Of a stretch of DNA of 64,000 nucleotides, positions 38,408-54,054 are shown one piece after another. The notes below the pieces were generated by a model. It saw only the letters and a list, made by a program, of their open reading frames with translations, was not told the origin of the DNA and ran no database searches. The stretch spans positions 124,001 to 188,000 of the forward strand of contig JBEUKZ010000099.1 in NCBI GenBank assembly GCA_048128005.1, given 5' to 3'. The translations under genes were made by a program, and so were the position numbers. Each line of letters starts with the position of its first letter. Position 1 is the first letter of the stretch. The DNA comes from Veleropilina oligotropha (lineage: Eukaryota).

Positions 38408-40003
38408 AACTAGAAATATGTCCATCGGACACGAATGCCCCCACTGGCAGCCTTGACCATAGGGGCAGTGTACAAAGTATCAAGTCAATCCATGAAGGCA
38501 AATAGAAGTTATAGCAGATTGGAGTTGCTTACACGCAAATACTGGTTTGCTTACACGCAAATACTGGTTTCGGGACGGACGGGACGGACAAGAGTAAATC
38601 TAAATGCCACCCCAATAAATTGGTGGTGGCATAAAAATATGTCCATCGGACACGAATGCCCCCACTGGCAGCCTTGACCATAGGGGCAGTGTACAAAGTA
38701 TCAAGTCAATCCATGAAGGCAAATAGAAGTTATAGCAGATTGGAGTTGCTTACACGCAAATACTGGTTTCGGGACGGACGGGACGGACGGATGGGACGGA
38801 CAAGAGTAAATCTAAATGCCACCCCAATAAATTGGTGGTGGCATAAAAACCAAGTCAACCTGTGAAGGCAGAAGGAAGTTATAGCAGATTGGAGTTTCTT
38901 GCAAGCACATACTGGTGTGAAGAGCTAAGTCATTTGACCTAGGGCATAGGGGCAACATGGGTGGGTCAAAGAAGCGAAGCATGAATGATGATAAGCAAGT
39001 ATATGAATGATGATAAGCAAATGTATGAAGTATCAAGTCAATGCATGCAAGCAGATGGAAGTTATAACAGAATGGAGTTACTTACACGTAAATACTGTTT
39101 TTCGGGAGATAAGCCATTTGACCTTGACCTTGGCCAAAGGGCGACATGGATGGGGCATACAAGCGAAGTATGAATGATCATAAACAAGTGTACAAAGTAT
39201 CAAATCAATCCATAAAGGCAGATGGAAGTTATAGCAGAATGAAGTTACTTGCACGCAAATACTGGTCTGAAGAGATAAGTTATTTGACATTGACCTTCGC
39301 CATAGGGCGACTTGGATGGGTCACAGAAGCGAAGCATGAATGATGATAAGCAAGTGTACAAAACATCAAGTCAATCAATGAAGGCAAATAGAAGTTATAG
39401 CAGATTGAAGTTTCTTACACGCAAATACTGGTTCGAAGAGGTAAGTCATTTGACCTTGACCTTGGCCATACGGCGACATGGATGGGTCGCAGAAGCGAAG
39501 CATGAATGATGATAAGCAAGTGTACAAAGTATAAAGTCAATCCATGAAGGCAAATAGAAGTTATAGCAGATTGGAGTTGCTTACACGCAAATACTGGTTT
39601 GAAGAGCTAAGTCATTTGACCTTGACCTTGGCCATACGGCGACATGGATGGGTCGCAGAAGCGAAGCATGAATGATGATAAGCAAGTGTACAAAGTATAA
39701 AGTCAATCCATGAAGGCAAATAGAAGTTATAGCAGATTGGAGTTGCTTACACGCAAATACTGGTTTGAAGAGCTAAGTCATTTGACCTTGACCTTGGCCA
39801 TACGGCGACATGGATGGGTCGCAGAAGCGAAGGATGAATGATGATAAGCAAGTGTACAAAGTATGAAGTCAATCCATGAAGGCAAATAGAAGTTATAGCA
39901 GATTGGAGTTGCTTACACGCAAATACTGGTTTCGGGACGGACGGACAGGACGGACAAGAGTAAATCTAAATGCCACCCCAATAAATTGGTGGTGGCATAA
40001 AAA
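38408..40003. mobile_element. Helentron/HINE-like element with a 166-bp repeat array and duplicated short units
   Basis: TGTCC..GGACA hairpin plus ATGCCCCCAC. (GGAC)n and the ATGCCACC..GGTGGCATAAAAA terminus occur three times (~38630, ~38845, ~40000). GAAGCGAAG recurs at 39326, 39492, 39658 and 39824. Confidence 0.85.
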
Positions 40004-41402
40004 CATGGATACAAAGGATCCTTAGCAAGTCACCCCGAAATTTCCCGAACACTTATTAGGTGACGACACACTAGACCCACGAGTCCTAATGCTATTGTTC
40101 CTGTTGAGTAACCAATTTGGGGACAATGATGTTGCCATCGAATTGAAAAGATTCCGAGTGGCATGTCCATTGTGATGTCAAATTCGACCCCTGACCTGAA
40201 ATTATGACTATACTTGAGCTGATTGATTTCGCCAGGTCAGCTTACAGCAAACACGGACACTCGTGAACGACTAACACAACAAATAATATGATAGGAATAT
40301 GCAGTATAGTGAAATCTCGCCTATATTATGAGTTTTGGTTCACAAATCCTTTAAATTCTTTCCCATGATATTACACTTGTATACCAAATTTAATATAAAT
40401 CCATGAAGGCATTTTCAAGTTATCGCCTGGAAATGGAAAAGAAATGCAAGTGGATCAAGGGACATAACTCTGTTATGTGAAATCGGAATTTTACCGAAAT
40501 CGAACTGCAATTAGCTATTATAATCAAACCATGCGTACCAAATCTCAAGTTATCGATCGTAAATGGAAAATAAATTTGCAAGTTGATGAAGAAGGGACAT
40601 TACTCCATTATGTGAAGGCGGAATTTTATCGAAATCGAACTCCACCTAGCTATTATGATCATACACCGGAATACAAAATTTAATTAAAATTCATGAAAGC
40701 ATTCTCAAGTTACCGCCGGAAATGAAACAATGCTTCGGAGGCATAAATATAATTTATTTGGGTTTAGGAAGTGCATTTCTTAAACCAAAAAAATTCTATT
40801 TTATATATGTATATATATATATATATATATATTTTAAACTTTACCCAAAGCTTGACTTTACTCAAAGTTTGGCTTGTGTATACATTCCGTAGACTGTATA
40901 AAATTAGCATAGGCTGTATGCTATTGAAATTATGATAGACTAAGCGTAATATTGTTGTTTTAAATAATAACAAGGGAAATAATTCCGTCAATAATTCCAG
41001 GACAACGTCAAAATTGGCCACAAAGTCACCAGTTAAACAACTACTGAATACATCCACTAAGATTCAAAAAGATAAGTCAAGCGATTGAAGAGATATGCTC
41101 CGGAAAAGATAAATACCACTTTGAGGCCAACAACTGCACAACATCAAAATTAGGAAAAGGCACCAGTTAACCAACTACTGCATTATATACCCACCAAATT
41201 TCATCAAATTATGCTGAGCGGTTTATGATATACGCTCCGGAAAAGATAACTAACAAATTTACAACAAGGGCAATAACTCTTGTCATTAATTGCCGTACAT
41301 TGACAATAATGAGTTAATATACATGTATGGTGAAAATTGATCAGATATCTATATCTCAATGCTAGCTGCATGCTCAATACTATTGTTTGCATAATCGTTC
41401 AG

Positions 41403-41657
41403 GAGGAATTATGCTTAATGTCCTGTATATTTATAACATCGAGGTTCAAGGCAGGACATGTCCGTGTTATCGCGGGAGGAAACCCCGGTCGCCGGGTAAA
41501 CCCGCCCTCTTCGACCAGTCACGGACAACTGTGCTTCATAACTTGAACAAATGTGTGCTGCCTCAGCCGGGGGTCGATCCCACTACTGTTCGCGTCAGCG
41601 GAAACAAGCCAGTGATTTAGAGTGGACACTCTACCCACTGCGCTACCGAAGCGGCCC
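41403..41657 (-). mobile_element. Full-length SINE, family A
   Basis: Near-identical to 5160-5419; perfect 14-bp TSD GCATAATCGTTCAG. Confidence 0.93.
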
Positions 41658-42246
41658 GCATAATCGTTCAGATCAGACTCCTCTAGTTGTAACTTTTGCT
41701 CCATTGTCATCTTTGATTTGTTGGCACCCTCCCATTTCTTATGGTACACTGCTTAATTTCTTCCTTTAATTTGGCAATATTCCCTTTGGCATTTAATTTT
41801 AAAATTGTTTTGCAGTGCATTTCAGCATTGGTATTTAGCAATTGCTACCTCTCTTGTGTAGAAAGGGTGAAAATTGAACAAGATATGGGACAAAATGTGA
41901 CTTATGGGACAATTTAGTCATATGATCCAGCACACCATATAATTAACAGAATGTTTGAAATCTAAGTCACTAGGCATCATCCAGGCTAAATTAGATAATT
42001 TTGACTTGAAAAAATATATGAAACAATGCACATATATATTTTGTGATATTATGTCTTAAATCAAGTAAAATACAATACAGACATCAAGAAACAAGTTTTT
42101 TATGGATTAAAGTTGTTATTATATTAATTATTTGAGACATCAGTTACTTTTTACAACATTTTTAGAACCACACTGATATTTTTTCACATTAATGGTAAAT
42201 TCTGTTCAATTGAAGAATTTATTAACATCTTTATTAACATCTTTAA

Positions 42247-45200
42247 GATGATCAAAAGAAGCTCTTTAATGTTACCAAAGATCTGTTACAATGGAATAAG
42301 TCAACTCCACTGCCAACTGATTATCAAGAGGAAGCACTTCCCACTATTTTTAGCGACTTCTTCGTTGATAAAGTAATCAAAATACGAAACACAATTTCGT
42401 TATCGCAAATGCAATCAACCACCGATGAAATCTATGAATCTTTAGATTTGAAACGTAATGACATCCAACTCTTAACGTTTGAAGTTGCAACGAATGATGA
42501 AATTAGGTCGATCATTACGAGGTCATCATCATCTACGTGCCCACTCGACCCTCTACCATCATGGATGCTGAAAGCATGTTCAGATGAATTGTTGCCAATT
42601 TTGACGCGGCTTGCAACATGTCATTATCCAATGCAGAAGTTCCAGAAAATTTCAAGAGCGCATTGGTAAAGCCCTTACTGAAAAAGGCCAATTTGGATCA
42701 AAACAATCTGAAAAATTATCGACCGGTTTCTAATCTAAGTTTTATTTCAAAACTTGTGGAACGTGTTGTAGCAATTCGATTAAATTCTCACTTGAAAAAT
42801 CACATGCTTTTGGACAAATACCAATCAGCGTATCGCATGTTTCACTCCACAGAAACAGCCCTTTTAAAGGTTCAGAATGGCATACTTCAATCTCTACATC
42901 AGAAATCAATGGTTGCTCTCGTCTTGCTTGACCTGAGTGCAGCTTTCGATACAATTGACCACCAAATTCTGTTTAACCGCCTGAACGCCTACTTTGGAAT
43001 CAAGCAATCAGCGCTTACATGGATCAAGTCATATCTACATGAGCGAAAACAAACGGTCGTCATAAACGGCATGAAATGTGACCCTGCCTCTCTCCCTGAC
43101 GGTGTGCCACAAGGTTCCGTCTTAGGTCCGATTCTGTTTTCGATGTATGTCACACCCGTAGCAGAGATTGCCTCCAAATATAATCTGTCCTATCATTTCT
43201 ACGCAGATGACAGTCAAATATATGTTGCATTTGATCCCAAAAGCTCCTTCAAGGCAAGCCTAGACATATTGGAGAGCTGTGTTTCAGAGATCAAACACTG
43301 GATGTGCACAAACATGCTGAAACTCAATGATGATAAAACTGAGTTTATTATATTTGGCTCAAGAAGTAACATCACAAAGGTCCGAGATGTAAACCTACAA
43401 GTTGGTGAAACTGAAATAAACTCCAGCGAATTTGTAAGAAATTTGGGTGCTTACTTCGACAACACTATGTCGATGGAAAAATTCGTCTCTGATAAAGTTA
43501 AATGCTCATTATTCTTTCTAAGAAACATCAGACGCATCCGTCGTTTTTTAACACCAGATGCAACGAAGCTTCTTGTGCATGCATATGTCATATCTCGCCT
43601 TGATTATTCCAACAGCAGGGATCGAATTTGGCCCACGGCACTACGGCATTTGCCGTGGTGCCTTTATTACTGGCCGTGGTGTCCCCATAAAATGAACTAT
43701 GTCCACGGCCATAAATAGCCGTAATTGCCCTTCCTAATAGCCGTAGTGCCTTTCCTAAGTGTTAGCAGGCCTTCTCCAAATTCTTATGACCAGCATTTGC
43801 CACTAGAAATGTAAATTAATCATTGCGACCTCCTCCCAGTGTGCCAGTGACAGCGTAGTGTTGATTACAAGTCAGCTACTATGCAGACCCAATAACAGTT
43901 CTGCGCAGGGTTACTGCGCACCACAGTCTGCACTAGATCACAGGTCACCGTCAAGGTCAGTATGTTAATAACCGCAAACTTTTCACTCTTCATTTCATCA
44001 TGCCACGGCCAGACCGTTCAAAACGTAAAAAACAACAGGAGCTGCGCTCTGCTGCAGCCAAATGCAGCAAACTTTCTACATTCTTCATGTAAAAACAAAT
44101 ACTAGCACGTGTTTTATTCAGTCATGACAGCGATGTGTGGTGGTGGTTGACCTACTTCAACTAGCTGTTGCTAGGAGCATTGCCGCCATTGTGATTATAA
44201 TTTAAACGATGAATGGATGTACACGTGACGTGCCAGCAAGTCATGGTCAATATCTGTCCAAATTTACTTCTTGTCTACCCCAGTGCCCACAATCAGTTAA
44301 CAACTACAAGTACTGCAGCCTAATTCCCAGTTTATTACTCAGTTAGTGCCAGGCCCTGGTTTTCCGTTTTAAAATGACATACCACACCAAATCCATATTC
44401 ACTTTTGACAGGAATATCCTAGGCCACTATCTACTGAAAATACGTCTTGTTCTTTCATCATGGCATGGCTTATTATTATTATTGTTGATAGTTAAAAAAA
44501 CTAATGACAATAAATAATGAAATTATTAAAATTTAATTAGGCCTAATATGAAAGTGAAAACACCAAGACACTAGTAAAATCGGTTAATTTAACACATTAA
44601 TATGATTATACAATAATTAGATGGTCAATGGAAAATATAAATTAGCCTACCGGTAATTGATGTTTGCACTGTAAGTCTAGATGACTTACACTAAATGTCC
44701 GAAAGATTAAAAATTGTATTGCAATGTTTCATAATATACCACATTACATTAGCAGGCCAAAAATTTTGTTTAAAATTCAATTATATGTTATATGTTTAAA
44801 CATCTTTTATTACTTACTCGTTGATATTTTATTTTAAAAATCGTCACTAAATTTCATTTTGACTGGTCCTCGCGCCTGTGTAATGGAATCTGTCACTGGC
44901 ATCTGATGAGAATTGATAGTGGCCTTGGTGCCCTGCCCTTGAAATAAATGTTGGCCTTAGTGCCCTGTTCAATGGCCTTGGTGCCCCCAAAGTTTGTCCC
45001 CAATCCAAGGCCAAAGTGGCCTTGCCCTGAATTTTTTTTAATTCTACCCCTGCAACAGTTTACTTTTCGGAATAAACGCAAGCCTCATTAACAGATTGCA
45101 GCAAGTTCAGAATGCCGCAGCCAGGCTGATTTTACTTGCCCAGCCAAGGGACCATGCAACCCCGCTGCTATATAGCCTACACTGGCTCCCTGTTGAGAAA

Positions 45201-45860
45201 CGGATTATCTTCAAAATTCTTACATTTGTTTACAATTCTCTTCAAGGAAAAGCGCCTGGATATATTATTGAACTTCTGGCTCAATATCGACCTATTAGAG
45301 CACTTAGGTCGCAGCAATTACAACAGTTGACAGAGAATAGAACAATGAATAAATATGGCGATAGAGCATTTATCAACAATGCCCCAAAACTCTGGAACAA
45401 ACTCCCATCTAAAGTAAAGGAATGCACATCTCAGACAAGTTTTCGGAAGACGTTGAAAACACACCTATTTGCTGATGTATATGCCAACCTGATCAAATCT
45501 CACTAACAATTCAGCTGACATCGTAATAGGAGGACAGTAATGACTGCTTCACATCTGTTCATTGTTATTGCTTATAGCATTCATCATATGTATCATTCAA
45601 AGTTGGTTGAAGTACGCAGGGGCGGCTTCACCTCTTTGTCTGATTGCGCTTGTAAAAAAAAAAAAAAAATTAATAAAATTGAAAATACTCAACAAAAAAA
45701 TATTCTGTTTATTATTATTATTGCTTATTGCATTCATAGTATGTATCATTGATGTCTCTCCTGTATATTCTTGTGTACATTGTACTGTAATATTAGTTAT
45801 AGTTTGTACTGCGCTTAGAGCTACACTAGAATAGGCGCATTATAAATGTATTAAATAATT
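42247..45860 (+). mobile_element. L2-clade LINE, 5'-truncated, frameshifted and split by a MITE
   Basis: RT motifs [35 protein letters not shown] and SRLDYSNS; C-terminal LHWLPV and GDRAF (45096-45506). Tail GCGCTTAGAGC..GGCGCATTATAAAT(AAT)n. Confidence 0.93.
43616..45052. mobile_element. MITE with 6-bp TSD inside the L2 ORF
   Basis: CAACAG|CAGGGATCGAATT...AATTCTACCCCTG|CAACAG; removal restores LDYSNSLLFGI. Confidence 0.93.
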
Positions 45861-48513
45861 AAAGCTGCGAGCAGCTGTGAGGGCTTCAATCAGATAAACG
45901 AAATAAAAAAAAGACGTAAAATACAAAAAAATAAAAAAGTTTAATTTAAAAACAAAACAAAAAATTACAAAAAAATACTAAATTTAAAAAAATATTTTTT
46001 ATATTTTAAGATATATGGCCACTCTGAATCGAATGCCGCCAATCTTAGATTTCTACGCCGAAAGTGCTAGGGGGGGGCCGGAAAATTTTGAAACCTAGAT
46101 GCTATGAAATGCTGTTTCCGGCGTTATCAGGCTTCTAATTCATGCGACAATTAAGCAAAAAATTATGCAAAATAGATTGCATTTTTGTTATTTTGAATTT
46201 AAATTAAATAATCAGTTGTCATAAATAATCAGTGTCCAGTGGTGAGGTACTCCATCGCTCAGACTGAGGTCGTGCATAATTAAGACCATTTTTCTTTATT
46301 ATTGATATGGTAATTATTAAACGCAACGACCTGTACGGCATCTTAGGTAGCTTACATGCAGACTGTGTGATTAATTGTCAGTACAATAGATGTTCATGAC
46401 GCACACACGAACGAGCGCCGAATGCGGCAGGGCGTACCTCCACGGAAAAGGTTTTAAATCTATAATCTCTGTAGCGTTATTGCCAACATTTTCAGGAATA
46501 AATTCATTATCCAAAATTTATAAATAGTCATCTTGCAAACGATTGTCATCAATGATCATAATGCATAATATTGTGTCAAGTAGATACAATTGTTATAGTG
46601 CATTAATTGTAAATGCCGCTTTACTCGTGGCACACGGGGCATGCTCGGCCAACTCGGAGCGTTCCCTGGGCATAACAAAATTGTCCAGAGCTCAGCTCTA
46701 GCGCGTCGCTTTCCGTTTGCGTCCATAGTTCAGCTCTAGCGCGTCCCATGTTAGAAGTGTCCCTACCGGGTAATTCGTGGCACACTTGGAGTACACTGTG
46801 TACACTTCTCGGTGAACATGGCCTGCACTCCGCGTACCCATAGATCGCCCCTAATGCACCCTGGATGGACTTGACAAAACTATTCGTTCATAGCGGTGTA
46901 TTTTACATGCGTTAATATGTTGGTAATATATTGATAATCGATTATTCGCGAACACTTCGATAATTGACTTCATTCATTCGCTGTTATTTTCGATAAATGC
47001 AGGTTATATTAAAATGGGATAGGCCGCATAGACACCTGTCGCACATAATATGTTGCCCACAAAATCTGCCACAGCGGACATCGCTGACTGGATCGTATGC
47101 GGCGACAGTCTTGAGTGCCTGTTTGAAATTGTTGATTTGATTGAAATACATGTGTCGATATCGGCTTGTGTCGCCATGGTGTAAATAACAAAATTGGTAT
47201 CTGCTTTACACAGGCTAGCATAAATTTCCTCAATCACGGGATAATTCGCTACTATTTGTATTATATAATGTTATAACTCCTTCTATTGATATGTGAATGG
47301 CTATTATATATGCATTTAGCTTTTTAGTGTGTGTTGCTCTTTATAAAGAAAAATAAATTAGTCGATTACATGTTCTAATCAAACAATAATAGCGTAATGC
47401 TTGCGACTCATAAGCATAATTAAGACCATTTCACTTCATTATTGATCGGTAATTATTAAACGCAATGACGTTGCACGGCATCTTAGGTAGCTTACATGCA
47501 GACTGTGTGACGCACACACGAACGAGCGCCGAATGCGCCAGGGCGTACCTCCACGGAAAAGTTTTTAAATCTATTATCTTGTGCATTAACCTATGATGGA
47601 AATTAAGAAGTATCTATAATAATGAATGCGCAACTGGACTGACCAACAGAATATCAATGTTTTCACCATATATTAACAGTTACTGAATCATGTAGCCTTC
47701 TGTTGGCTAAATGTTTACTTTAGCCTGATAGCAGAACTTCTCAAGGGCCTTGCTGTCCACTGGACAGGGTTGGCACGCGGCTTTATGACACCTCAAAGAG
47801 ACAGGCTCATAAACTGCCTACTTCATCTGATAAGGCAATTAGCACTGAGCTGGTCGCGCCGAAATGAGATGAGGAATTAAAATAGTATTTTTTAAACAAT
47901 GAAAGTACTTATTGTATTCTTGTCACAATTCTCTAATATAACGATCTTTATATAGTATATTTTATGCGAAAATCTGGAAGAAAAAGGACGATTTTTAGAG
48001 GCGCTATGAAGCAATATTCATCTAAAAAAACTAAGTTCAATAACTCTCAAGCAACTCATTTTAGCGATGTATTCTATAGATATTACATTAGATATTTTTG
48101 ATACGAATAAAATGAATTGCGTCACGTTTCATATAAATGAAAATTAAAGAAGTTAGTCAATTTAATATTAAATTTAATGTCTTCATAACTCCTTTTAATT
48201 TGTCTCACAAAGTATTCCATTAGAACAACATATACCGATATAATGCTTTGTCAAAACTACCAAGTGTCGATAAGATCACGCTACTCAGTTCTGAGAAAAG
48301 CGCATTTTAATTAGTGGTGTAACGATACATCGGACTATCGATAAGTCGCGATACACGAGCCCGTCGATGCAATGCATCGATAGTAAAATTGAGAGTCGAT
48401 AACTATCGGCAATAGTGTCTGCAACTATCGATGTTTTCGATAGTAATAAAGTGTAACATGAATTTCTTAATAGCTTTACTTGTAAAAGCGCCCCCCTATC
48501 ATAATATATTACT

Positions 48514-49854
<1,341 letters not shown>

Positions 49855-51734
49855 ATTACTCACATTGATAAACGTAACATATTTGTTATCTTTCACTTCA
49901 AAAGCAAGCGTTATTATTTTGCAATGCAGTCTACTTCACCACAATGTTTCAGAAAGTGTCCTGTTATAATGTGACAGCGACCTACTTTAGTGGCATGTCG
50001 CTATATATAGTAACGTCTCAGGCCAGACAGGTGGCCGATTCCACATTTAAAAGTAGGGGTGACGCGTTGTATCCAAAATGGAAATATTTTCAAAAACGCA
50101 TTCTCATTTATGTTTCTCAAAGACTTTTCAAGCTAATTTTGTGGCGATTTAATATTAAATGCCAATAAATATATGTTTTAAATGAAATTTAATCAATAAT
50201 CCTCCCAAGTTGCCACAAACCCACCCTGAACCATTGTCGCGCGTTTCGTTCATTTGTTTGTGCCTATTTAGTCATTGAATATAGTCTTCTGTCAAAACTA
50301 TAAAACAAGACGTTCATTTTTACTGATTTTTATGCTAATTCTATTTTACCAAACGTAACTATTGCGCGCCAGTGTTAATGAGTAATAATGACATTATGAT
50401 AAAATTTGTTACGTATTTTTCGAAAATAGCCTAGCTATGTCGCCGACAGACATTATCTCGACGGGATGCTCGCGTCGCATTTGCCTTGCGAGAAAATTGT
50501 CTTGGGGCCTTTATTACAATAAAACGTAAAAGCATTTCAGGTAGTCGATAACCTGTCATAAATTAATAGTTGTCACTGTCATTGATTATCACATAAACAC
50601 ATTAGGAAATAAACTTAAATTCTACTTCCATTTTCATGGTATTAACGTATCTATTATAAACATTCACATAATTAATAATAATCACACTTGTCCGAAACTA
50701 TCGCAATAGTATTGCAATAGCACACCCACAATAGCAATACTATTGCAATAGTACTTTCTCCAATAGCAATACTATTGCAATAGTGAAAATATGCCTCAAT
50801 AGTCACCCCTAATTTTAATGTTTTCAAAAAATCAAAGATTGCGACGAAACCATGGCATTTGTTGGCTAAAATTTTGCGGCAAACATTACTTGATATCGAT
50901 GCGCACTCACCCTGGAAGATTGGAAAGATTTCGTGGAGTGCATTGAAAGATACTGCAGAAATGAAAAATTGAAAAAACTTCAAAATTTTGTCAAGATTAG
51001 GACGCCCGTAGCGATCTTAGCATTGAAAAAATGAAAATTTCATTTCCAAGAGATTGTTGTCTCAATAGTCTAGATCATGCCTTTGAAGATTTTGTCTTGA
51101 TCTCGAAAGCCGTGTAAGACTTATATCGTTTTTGAAAAGAGGTCATTTTTAATTTTGTCAAGATTAGGACGCCCGTAGCGATCTTAGCATTGAAAAAATG
51201 AAAATTTCATTTCCAGGAGATTGTTGTCTCAATAGTCTAGATCATGCCTTTGAAGATTTTGTCTCGATCTCGAAAGCCGTGTAAGACTTATATCGTTTTT
51301 GAAAAGAGGTCATATTTTTTTACAAAATTGAAGATTACAACCAAAGCATAAAATCCCGAAACTTGAAAATAGAACGAGGCAATGCTTCAATGATGTGCCC
51401 AAGCACACATGAATTTTGAAAGCTGTAGCTATAGCCGTTTTCGCGCTAAAGTGCCCACAAAAAAACGTCAGAATAAGAATAATAACCGGTACAATTTCAA
51501 TAGGGCTTCAAGCTTGAAAGAGCTTGAAGCCCTAATAAATAATAATAAGTGTCTATAATTTTAGAACTATGAGGTTTAGGCTAACAACAAAAACAGTTTT
51601 GGAGAGCTTGGTTTCTCTTCTATGGGGTCATTGTAAATTTAGCCATGATACAAATATTCGCATAGATATTATTTTCGTACTCTGTTATCATGATAGAAAG
51701 AATAAAAAGTTACCTTTCAGAGTCTAGTAGATTG

Positions 51735-51781
51735 CTCAACAGAGCTTTCGTAACCATCGCGGTCACCTCATCAGTGTAGAG
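51735..51781 (-). ncRNA. Minimal type I hammerhead ribozyme motif (PLE-associated)
   Basis: Minus strand CTCTACA-CTGATGA-G-GTGACC gcgat GGTTAC-GAA-AGCT-C-TGTTGAG. Confidence 0.75.
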
Positions 51782-54004
51782 TGGCGCATATTACTGGACG
51801 TCCAAATCAGACAGTGTTCTTATACCATCAAAAAACTCGAGGACGCTTTAGCAGAGACAACTAATTTGTTGTTTGAGGCCGTCTCTGTTGCAACGAAACG
51901 GATATCCGTGAACACCTTGCGCGCATGCACGCCGAAGTTGTGGAAGCGAAAAAATGCAAACAACGGGAAAAGTTTGATAAACTCGTGAATGCCAAACGTA
52001 AACAACTGAACCAGCCACCCCCGGATTATACCATCAACAAAAACAAGTGGCTTATCAACATCTCGGATCATACAATCAGCCAGCATGAAGAAGAAGTCCT
52101 CAAACGAGGTCTCAATTATGCTGTTTCGCCGCGCGACATGCCAGTCAAAGATTACATCGTCAGTACAGAAGTGGCTTGCCGACAAATCAGCCAGACACTA
52201 CTAGCTCAGAGTCTGAGGGCAGAGGTCATTAATGTATTAAAAACACACAGGTGCCTAAAAGCAACATCTCTAAGATTGAACACCAGGCGCTCGGAAAACT
52301 TAGTGAGGACAAAACCATCACGATCCTACCAGCAGACAAAGGCAGAGCAACGGTCGTAATGAACACCACTGAATACGAGGAAAAAATGGATACCCTGCTC
52401 AGCGATACCAACACCAATAAGCTGATGAAAAAAGATCCCACAGCTAAATACAAACGCCAACTCATAGAGATTCTGTTAAATTGGCAAAGAACTAACCCCA
52501 TACCATGAAACCTGAAAGATCGTATCTATCCCATCTCAGAAGAGATCCCGAAGGTCTATGGCACACCAAAGATCCACAAGGCTAATGCTCCATTACACCC
52601 AATTGTTGCCAGTATGGGAGGTATCACATACCAAGCAGCCAAGGTATTAGCGCAAATCCTTACCCCACTGGTTGGCAAATCCCCACACCATCTCAAGAAC
52701 AGTGGTGACTTCGTGGAGAAAATACGACAACTGGAAATTCCACCGGGTAGGAAAACGATATCGTACTATGTATCAGCACTTTTTACCAGCATCCCATGAG
52801 ATGAGGCTCTGAAAGCGGTGGAGGAACGACTAAACGAAGACGACACTATCAGCGAGGACCCCTCTATCCAAAGCTCAAGCACTTGAACTACTAGTTTTTT
52901 GTCTGAAGACCACCTATTTCAGCTATAGAGGGAATATCTACTCACAGACCCATGGGGCAGCTATGGGCTCGCCGGTGTCCCCTATTGTAGCAAACCTCTA
53001 CATGGAACGTTTTGAACAGCATGCCATCGCTACTGCCCCCACTCCACCCCATATATGGTATCGATATGTAGATGGCACTTTCATTGTTATCCATGAATCA
53101 CAGGTTTTACTGAACACATTAACAACATCGACCCTTACATCAAGTTTACATCGGAGTTGGAAGTGGATGGACATCTTGCTTTCCTGGATACCAACATTCA
53201 TCTCCAGGAAGATGCCACCATCAAGATAACCATATACAGAAAGCCCACACACAGAAAGCCCACACACACCGACCAGTATTTAAATTTCAACGCGAACCAC
53301 CATCTTGAACACAAATGGTCTGTAGTCCGAACTTTAATCAACCGTGCGGACCAACTTGTCACGACAGACAGGGATAAAGATCTCGAACGTAAACACGTCA
53401 AGACCGCACTGAAGGCGAATGGCTATCCAACCTGGATGTTCAAGTAACGTCAACGCCGTGCTCGAGACCCCATTACCGCCACTCCTGATGGCCAACAACA
53501 ATCAAGACCTCGGAGTGTGAGTTTGCCATACGTCAGCGGCATGTCTGAAAAGCTTTCCAACATTTTCAGACGTGGAGTCCCGACCTACCACAAGCCGACC
53601 AATACCATCAGATCGCTTTTGGTACATCCGAAGGATAAGACCCCGGACGAGAAGAAATGTGGAGTGGTTTACAAAATCACCTGCCCTGATTGTCAGAACA
53701 CCTACGTGGGAGAGACAGGCAGACCACTTGCACCAGAATGAAGGACCACCCATCTCTACGTGCCCCCGTCACAGCGGTCGGTAAGCACCGACAGGACCAC
53801 CAGCATAATATCAAGACTGGTGATGTCCAGATTATCGCCAGAGACGAAGACACGTGGCGACGTAAAATTCGTGAGTCCATAGAGATCAGGACCGAGTGCC
53901 CCACCCTCAACCGTGACACCGGATATGAGTTGCCAGTCATCTATAACCGGCTATTGTCACATGGTCAACCCTGCTGGTCATGTGACGTGGAGGAATACGC
54001 GCCA

Positions 54005-54054
54005 CTCTACACTGATGAAGTGACCACCACAATGGTTACGAAAGCTCTGTTGAG
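54005..54054 (+). ncRNA. Minimal type I hammerhead ribozyme motif (PLE-associated)
   Basis: CTCTACA-CTGATGA-A-GTGACC accacaat GGTTAC-GAA-AGCT-C-TGTTGAG. Stem I pairs 6 of 7, stem II has 6 pairs with one G-U, and stem III is the palindrome AGCT. Confidence 0.78.

Larger units (their letters stand above)
36907..40747. mobile_element. Helentron/HINE-like element hosting two nested insertions
   Basis: Left AACTAGATATGTCAGAGTGACACGAATGCCCCCG; right AATGCTTCGGAGGCATAAA. Pairing of the two ends is inferred. Confidence 0.55.
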
